From assembly GCF_018350175.1 (NCBI RefSeq), contig NC_058369.1, forward strand, positions 7,750,001 through 7,814,000: 64,000 nt of DNA, read 5' to 3'. The position numbers and the translations under genes are program-made. The notes below the pieces were generated by a model that was given only the letters and a program-made list of their open reading frames with translations, was not told the origin of the DNA and made no database searches. Shown piece after piece: positions 52,492-64,000 of the stretch; positions within the stretch are counted from its first letter, which is position 1; every line of letters starts with the position of its first letter. This DNA is from Felis catus (taxonomy: Eukaryota).

Positions 52492-53814
52492 AGGAAGTTA
52501 ACACGGGATCTCCTGACAGACATTGTCCTTGAGGTGATAAGGTGGGATTTCAAGCTGACAGTGGGGGGGACTTCTAGGCAGGGTCTAAAAGCGCAGTGGG
52601 AGATCTCAACATTCCTCGTGGGGGTGAATAAGAGATTTGGGGGTGACAGTTGAGGGACCCCTGAGATGAGGGAAGATGTGAAAATGAACGGAGCCTACAT
52701 GTATCGGGCCCTTGTGACTGGCTGTGTGTTGACTGAGTGGCTACTGGGGGGCCCTTTACCTCTGAAGATCTTCGAGGACCCCCCCTTCCCCGTGGGTCAT
52801 GCTGAGGACTTGTAACTGGTCCTTACCCCGGTCCTCCGCCCCCCTGCCCACCCCTCCAGGCAGCCGGTTTCTCCACCCCCAGAGAAGGGACTGGGGGTCA
52901 GGTGGACCCTAAGACTTCCATCTACTCCGTCTCCCCAGCTTCTGACCTTCCCCTCGCGCCTCCGATCGGAGCTCCAGAGAGGGACCTGGCCGGGGTCCTT
53001 GATGGCACCCAGCTCCCATGCCCTCTCCCCATCCTGAGGCCACGCCCCCTCCTCTCTCAGCTGAAGCACCTTCCCCCTCCAGTCGGGTCTCCCCCCCCCC
53101 CCAGTCCATTTCCCACAAAGTCCCGCGAGATCCTCTAAAACCCAAATCAAAAGTATTTGTAAATAATACTGGTATCCCCCACTTTTCTAAAGTTCCGTTA
53201 CGCCACTTCACGTTTACGAAAGACCTGCGTTAGTACCTGTTTTTGTGGAACCGAAAGAAATCTGAAAACGATTTGCCCTTTTATGAGAAAAGATGAAAAG
53301 CGGAAAAAAACAGTACTCGGCATTGGTTTTGCAGTGGACGTCGCAGAGGCAGGGAGAGGGACACCGCCAAGCCCCGTCCCGGGGATTACACGCAGCATCT
53401 CAGCCCCCAGCCCCCAGGGCTCTGACCTGGGTCTGTGGGCATCCGTACTTTATCTTGACTTACTTTGTGCATCCGTTAGTAGGATGTGCCCTGAGGTCTC
53501 AGAAAAAACGAAGAGAGGTTATTCTTTGGGTCTGGGAACGCTAACAATTTTTTTTCTGTATAAATTAATGAGAAGCACTTCCTCTCTTTAAGCCATTTTG
53601 ACTCACAAAAGGTTTCATGGCAACGCTTTACTTTTGTATGGCGTGGGAAACCTGTGTACGCGAAAAGGGATGATACCCAGATGACAGAAATTCCTGGAAG
53701 TTATAGAGGAAATGAACAAGGGGATCTCCAGACACTCTCCTTGAGGTGACAAGGTGGGATTTCAATGCAACATTTAAAGAGGACAATGCAGACACTACTA
53801 GGCAGGGTCTAAAG
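52492..53814 (+). repeat. Diverged ~100-bp direct repeat (52492-52590 and 53707-53814)
   Basis: Shared GGGATCTC..CAGACA.T.TCCTTGAGGTGA.AAGGTGGGATTTCAA...CT.CTAGGCAGGGTCTAAA. Confidence 0.8.
53169..53654. mobile_element. Non-autonomous Tigger-like DNA transposon (~486 bp) upstream of ICAM3
   Basis: Imperfect TIRs CTGGTATCCCCCAC...GCGTGGGAAACCTG, preceded by TA. Subfamily not assigned. Confidence 0.7.
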
Positions 53815-53864
53815 ACCTTCACCCGAGAGGTCAGTATTCTTGGGGGGGGGGGGGGGGGATAAAA

Positions 53865-55871
53865 GAGAATAACTCAACAACAACAAAAAAGCAATTAAAA
53901 ATGGGCAGAGCACTTGAATAGACATTTCTTTTAATTTTTTTTTTTTTTTTAATTTTAGAGCTTGGATGGCTCGGTTGAGCATCTGACTCTTGGTTTCGGC
54001 TCAGGTCATGATCTCACAGTTCATGGGTTCGAGCCCCATATCAGGCTCCGCTCTGACGGTGCCCCTCAGCCTGCTGGAGATTCTCTCTCTGTCTGTCTCT
54101 CTCTCTCTCTGTCTCAAAATAAACAAATAAACCTTAAAAAAAACAAATTGGAGAGAGAGAGAGAGCACAAGTGGGGGAGAGAGGCAGAGGGAGAGAGTGG
54201 ACCTTAAGTAGGCTGCAAGCCCAGCATGGAGCCTGATGCAGGGCTGGATCCCACGACCCTGGGATCATGACCTGAGTCGGAATCAAGAGTCAGATGCTCA
54301 ACTGCCTGAGCTGCCCAGGCGTCCCTAGGCATTTCTTCAAAGAGGCGATATAAATGGTCCCTAAACATATAAAAAGATGCCCAAGGGGCGCCTGGGTGGC
54401 GCAGTCGGTTAAGCGTCCGACTTCAGCCAGGTCACGATCTCACGGTCTGTGAGTTCGAGCCCTACATCAGGCTCTGGGCTGATGGCTCGGAGCCTGGAGC
54501 CTGTTTCCGATTCTGTGTCTCCCTCTCTCTCTGCCCCTCCCCCGTTCATGCTCTGTCTCTCTCTGTCCCAAAAATAAATAAACGTTGAAAAAAAAAATTA
54601 AAAGATGCCCAAGCTCCCTAGCCGTTAGGGAAATGCAAATCAAAACCAGAATGAAAGTGAGGCTCCAGGGCGTCTCGGTTGGTCTGATTTCGGCTCAGGT
54701 CATGATCTCACTATTCACAAGTTCGAGCCCCGCGTCGGGCTCTGTGCTAACAGCTCAGAGCCTGGAGCCTGCTTCGGATTCTGTGTCTCCCTCTCTCTGC
54801 CCCTCCCCTGCTCATGCTCTCTCTCTCTCTCTCTCTGTCTCTGTTTCTCCCTCTCTCTCAACTAAATAAACACGTGAAAAAAAACGTAGCATTATAAAAC
54901 AAACATAGAATTATACAATGCCGCAATTCCACTCCTAAGTATATATCCAAAAGGGACTCAAACAGATATGTGGACACCAAGGTTCACAGCAGCATTATTC
55001 ACAAAAGACAGAAGCCACCTAAGTGTCCACGAGCAAAAAGGGGTGAACGAAACATGATGTATAAATACGGTGAAATATTATTCAGCCCTAAAAGGAAAAG
55101 AAAAACCCATCTGACACGTTACAACACGGATGAGCCTTGAAAACATTAGGCCAAGTGAACCAAGCCAGGCACAAAAGGACACATAGTGCACTTAGATATG
55201 AGGTCCCTAGACTAGGCAACCAGTGGAGAAAGTAGAATGCGGTGGCCGCCAGGGGCCGAGGGGGAGCGGGATGTGGCATCAGTGTTTAATGGGGACAGTT
55301 TGGGAAGATGAAAAAGTGCTGTACATTGTGCTGGTGATGACACATCTACTTATTTTGATTTGTGTCTAAATCATGAGATGGGTCGATGGATGGGAGGAAT
55401 GGATAGATACAGTGTGGCCAAGTAATATTTAGCAATCTAGGTAATTGTGGCTCCTAGGGGTAATCACTATATTATTCTTCTGACTTCTAGATGTGTGCGA
55501 TTTTTCAGAAAAAAAAACGTTGGAAAATAAAGACTGGATCCTTGATGGATCTGAGTGGCTGCTTAAGTCACAAAAGGAGTTCCTCCTGTCAAGAGGGCAC
55601 AATGCCCCCCGTGGAAGTGTTGCCAGGAAATGGAAATTGAGAGGCGCCTGGATGGCTCCGATGGGTAAGCATCCGACTTTGGCTCAGGGTATGATCTCAC
55701 GGTTTGTGAGTTCAAGCCCCACATGGGGCTCTGTGCTGGCAGCTCAGAGCCTGGAGCCTGCTTCGGATTCTGTGTCTCCCTCTCTCTCTGCCCCTCCCTG
55801 GCTCGTGCTCTGTCTCTGTCTCTCTCTCTCAAAAATAAATACTAAACATAACTTTTTTTGAAAAATAAAAA

Positions 55872-55916
<45 letters not shown>

Positions 55917-56084
55917 AAAGAAAGAAAGAAATGGAAATTGAGCCTGGGCATTGGTTGGTCAAAGGGAGAACAGAGGAACATATTAAACTACACCACAAGG
56001 GTGACATCAGACTTCTATAAAGCCTACAGGGCAAACAATCCAGTTTTTTTAAGTTTTTAATGTTTTTTTAAATTATTATTTATT

Positions 56085-56123
<39 letters not shown>

Positions 56124-58182
56124 AAGAGTGGGAAGGGGGGTGGAGAGAGACACACACAGAATCTGAAGCAGGTTCCAGGCCCTGAGCTGTCAGCACAGCG
56201 CCCAAAGCAGAGCTCGAATCCACAAACCCTGAGATCATGACCTAAGCCGAAGTCAGACACTTAACCAACTGAGCCACACAGGCGCCCCTCAAATATGTTG
56301 CAAGGGGCAAAAAAAGGAACCCAGAACTTAAAGGAAGCTGCCCTCAAACCAGTGCAGTATGTGGGCCTTGTTTGGACTTTTATTTGAACCAGTAAATATT
56401 TAAGAAACAATTAGGGGGGCACCTGGGTGGCTCAGTCGGTTGTGTCCAACTTCGGCTCGGGTCATGATCTCACAGTTCATGAGTTCAAGCCCCATGGCGG
56501 GCTCTGTGCTGACAGTTCAGAGCCTGGAGCCTGCTTCAGATTCTGTGTCTCCCTCTCTCTCTGCCCCTTCTTGGCTTGCACTCTGTCTCTCTCTCTCAAA
56601 AATGAATACACGTTAAAAAAAAATTGTAATCTAAATACTCACAGGCTACACAATGATATTGAAGAATTATTGTTAAACTTTTCAGGTGTGATAATGATTG
56701 CAGTTATTGTTTGTGGCTCGATCTTTTCAAGATACGTTTGGAAGTTTTTACAGGGAAAATGATGTCTGGGATTTGCTGCGAAATTCTCCAGTGGCAGGGA
56801 AACGGATGGCGGTAGAGCTCAAACGTGTTCGGCAGTGGATACTGGAAACTGCTGATGTTGGCAGTTAAGTTCGGGTTTGTTTGTTACCTTATTCTTCCCT
56901 ATTTTGCATGTGCTTTAAACTGTCCGTAATACAACTTAAAAATTGTTTTAAATATTTATATTTGAGACAGAGAGAGACACAACATGAGTGGGGGGTGGGG
57001 GCAGAGAGAGAGGGAGACACAGAATCCAAAGCAGGTTCCAGGCTCCGAGCTGTCAGCACAGAGCCCGACGCGGGGCTCGAACCCACAAACCGTGCGATCG
57101 TGACTTGAGTCGAAGTCGGACACTTAACTGACTGAGCCGCCCAGGCACCCAACTTTTTTTTTTTTTTTTTAAATAAGTAGCCACACAAGAATAAGCAAGA
57201 TAATTTTGGAACGCGACTGCCCTATCAAATATCAAAATATATCCTAGTGGCCACGTCTTTTACCAGGTGGCCACTACCAGGCTCGATCCTGCAAGCAGCC
57301 ATTCCCATTGAGAATTTGTGCTACAGATACCCTTGAACCTGGGCAAGGAGGCGATGTAGCAGGTGGCTGCTACTACTGCAAGGATTAGAAGTGGCCAATG
57401 ACCCCCAGAAGGGAACAAATGCTAACATTTCAATGATGAGCCACAACACAGCCATAAACTAGAACAAGGAAATCCTGTAGGCCTGGGTATGTGGAACCAT
57501 CCCGAAGACCTCTAGCAGGTAGGGGAAACAAAGAGTTCTGCATAGTAGTAGCATGTTTTTTGGAGGGGTTGCCTGGGTGACTCAGTCGGTAAAGCATCCG
57601 ACTTCGGCTCAGGTCATGATCTCATGGTTCGTGGGTTCGAGCCCCACGTCGGGCTCTGTGCTGACGGCTCAGAGCCTGGAGCCGGCTTCGGATTCTGTGT
57701 CTCCCTCTCTCTCTGCCCCTCCCCTACTCATGCGCACGCGCTCTCTCTTTCAAAAATAAATAAACATTTAAAAAAGAAGAAGAAGAAGTGAATCGATAGG
57801 GGCACCTGGGTGGCTCAGTAAGCATCTGATTTCAGCCCAGGTCATGATCTCACGGTTCGTGAGTTTGAGTCCGCATCGGGCTCTGTGCTGACAGCTCAGA
57901 GCCTGGAGCCTGCTTTGGATTCTGTGTCTCCCTCTCTCTCAAAAATAAATAAACATTAGGGGCGCCTGGTTGGCGCAGTCGGTTAAGCGTCCGACTTCAG
58001 CCAGGTCACGATCTCGCAGTCCGTGAGTTCGAGCCCCGCGTCAGGCTCTGGGTTGATGGCTCGGAGCCTGGAGCCTGTTTCCACTTCTGTGTCTCCCTCT
58101 CTCTCTGCCCCTCCCCCATTCATGCTCTGTCTCTCTCTGTCCCAAAAATAAATAAAAAACATTGAAAAAAAAAATTAAAAAA

Positions 58183-58213
<31 letters not shown>

Positions 58214-58350
58214 ACATTAAAAAAATTTTTTTTAAAAAGAAAGAAACATTAAAAAAAATGTTTTTTAAGTAGGCTCCACACCTATCGTGGGGCTTGAACT
58301 CACAACCCCGAGATTGAGAGTCACATATTCTATCTATCGAGCTGCCAGGC
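53865..58350. mobile_element. Decayed L1 fragments carrying about a dozen Can-SINE insertions (approx. 53955-54130+, 54140-54325-, 54385-54598+, 54665-54885+, 55642-55927+, 56050-56290-, 56415-56625+, 56945-57175-, 57565-57785+, 57798-57958+, 57959-58202+, 58240-58350-)
   Basis: L1 ORF2-end and 3'UTR phrases (GAAATGCAAATCAAAACC; CAATTCCACTCCTAAGTATATATCC) interrupted by SINEs. Perfect TSDs include TAAAAGATGCCCAAG (54370/54599) and GAAATGGAAATTGAG (55627/55928). Confidence 0.85.
55870..55930. repeat. (AAAG)n tetranucleotide repeat grown from a SINE tail
   Basis: Read directly from the sequence. Confidence 0.92.
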
Positions 58351-59220
58351 ACTCGACGTTACTATTTTCCCAAAAGATGACAAAGCATAGTATGTGTACA
58401 GATTTCCTTGTATCTGGACAAAGTGTCTCTGGAAGCAGAAACAGGAAACCAGATGACATTAATTGCCTTCAGAGAGACGACAGCAGTGGCTAACGGACAT
58501 TTCACTGTTGATTTCAATATTACCTGCTTTCCCCCCCCCCACTGGCCTTACAACTATAATGCAAATTTAGTATGCAAGCTGTTATCAAAAGCAGATCTCA
58601 ATACACGAGTATGGAGTATGGAATTATCTGGAAGAGGGGAGATGCAACGCACAAGGTCTTGAGAAGTCAAATGAGAAAGAAAAATATTACACGGCCTTTC
58701 ACAATGTGGTTACACATCTGCCGTCTCAAGGACGTGTTGAGTAGAAATGCTTTGGCCAACACCAGATTAACAACAATATCAAATGTTTATTAAGTATTTG
58801 TTTGCAGGTATCTTTGCTAGGAGTCTGACATGAAGGACCTCATTAGCTATTTACATTAGTCCGCTGCAGTGGTGAGCATGACCACCCCCAGGTCATAGTT
58901 GAGGAATAAGGCCCAGAGAGGGAAAGCCATTCACCTGAAGTCACACAGGGGAGGAAAGGGTAGGTCTGGCACTCATCTACGTGGTATGTACCCCCTCTCC
59001 CCGCCCCTGCAATTCACCTATTTGGCACGTAGTTATTGAGAGCCCTCTGTGTTCCAGGTACTGGCCTGCTGCTCGCTGGTGATTCCGAGGTGAACAAAGC
59101 TTAAAGAGTTCAGCCAGGTTTTTTTCTGCAGAAACTTTGCTCCGGCTGCAATCCCCAGGGGCGCAAACACCTGCTGCAGAAGGGCCCAAGGACCACAGCC
59201 TCCAGCAGAGAAAATAGGAG

Positions 59221-59226
59221 TTTATT
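59221..59226 (-). terminator. TYK2 polyA signal
   Basis: AATAAA on - in the context CTGGTAATAAACTC; the first canonical signal downstream of the stop codon. Confidence 0.7.
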
Positions 59227-59371
59227 ACCAGCTAGCGGAAATGGTGGGTCCTGAGGGTGGGAGCTGGCGGGGGAGGCGGGGAGGTAAAAAAATCGGGTTC
59301 GAAGGCCTGAGTAGGTCCTTGCTGGTCCTGGGTCCCTCAGGGGTCTGCCCCAGGCTCATAACCACGGAAGG

Positions 59372-59854
59372 TGCTATAGTCTGAAGGTGTGCATCCCCTC
59401 AAAAAAAATTTTTTTAAAGTAGGCTTCACGCCTGGTGCAGAGCCCCACGCAGGGCTTGAATTCACAACCCCGAGATCAAGACCTGAGCTGAGATCAAGAG
59501 TCGGATGCTTAAGCGGCTGAGCCACCCAAGCGCCCATCAGAATCCTTACATTGAAATCCTAACGCTCAGTGTGATGGTATTAGGAGGCGGGCCTTTGGCA
59601 GCTGCTAGACCATGAGGTGGAACCTTCAGAAGCGTCTTTACAAAAGAGACTCCAGAGAGCTCCCTAGCCCTCTCCCACCCTGTGAGGACACAGCCAGCAG
59701 GTGTGGGCTCCGAACCAAGAGGGCCTTCACCAGAAAGTGACCATGCTGGTGTCTTGATCTTGGATGTCTCAGCCTCCAGAGCTGTCAGAAATACATTTGT
59801 TGGTGAGCGCCCCCACCAGAGGTGTTGGTAAAGCAACCCGAGCGGACTAAGACA
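59372..59854 (+). mobile_element. Solo MLT1-type MaLR LTR with a nested reverse SINE (~59409-59535), antisense within the TYK2 3'UTR
   Basis: TG...CA termini (TGCTATAGTCTGAA...GGACTAAGACA) and a perfect 5-bp TSD GAAGG at 59367-59371 and 59855-59859. Confidence 0.85.
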
Positions 59855-60006
59855 GAAGGAAAGTCCGTTCACAGAGGTGGGGTCTCCAGACAGAATAAGG
59901 CACGGGGAATGGTGAGGCCGACCTCTCCCCCTTGGGATCCTCTCGGGGCGGGGAGCCCCTCTCCTGGGTGTCTGCTCCAATACCCTGAGAGCTGGTGGTA
60001 GAGGCT

Positions 60007-64000
<3,994 letters not shown>

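Overview
Mammalian genomic DNA, most likely a feliform carnivore (cat-like), judged from the abundant tRNA-derived Can-SINEs with (CT)n and A-tails. The window is the ICAM cluster. On the + strand: ICAM1 (exons 2-7; exon 1 lies upstream of the window), ICAM4 and ICAM5. On the - strand, running head-to-tail: the 3' end of TYK2, then ICAM3, RAVER1 (start codon hidden in a 140-N gap), FDX2 and ZGLP1. All exon boundaries were read by hand from GT/AG sites and checked for frame. The strongest unexpected signal is the Ig-domain-2 exon. ICAM1 (5235-5540, +) and ICAM3 (46631-46936, -) match at 304/306 nt, forming an inverted repeat ~41 kb apart, while flanking introns and other paralogous domains have diverged. 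This suggests exon-restricted gene conversion and provides a substrate for a balanced inversion that would swap D1 domains. Other notable items: an apparent frameshift in RAVER1 exon 11 (possibly an assembly error), a phase-compatible FDX2-ZGLP1 fusion splice, a TSD-flanked MaLR solo LTR in the TYK2 3'UTR, and several nested or same-site retrotransposon insertions. Comparisons to human and mouse proteins are from memory and were not run.
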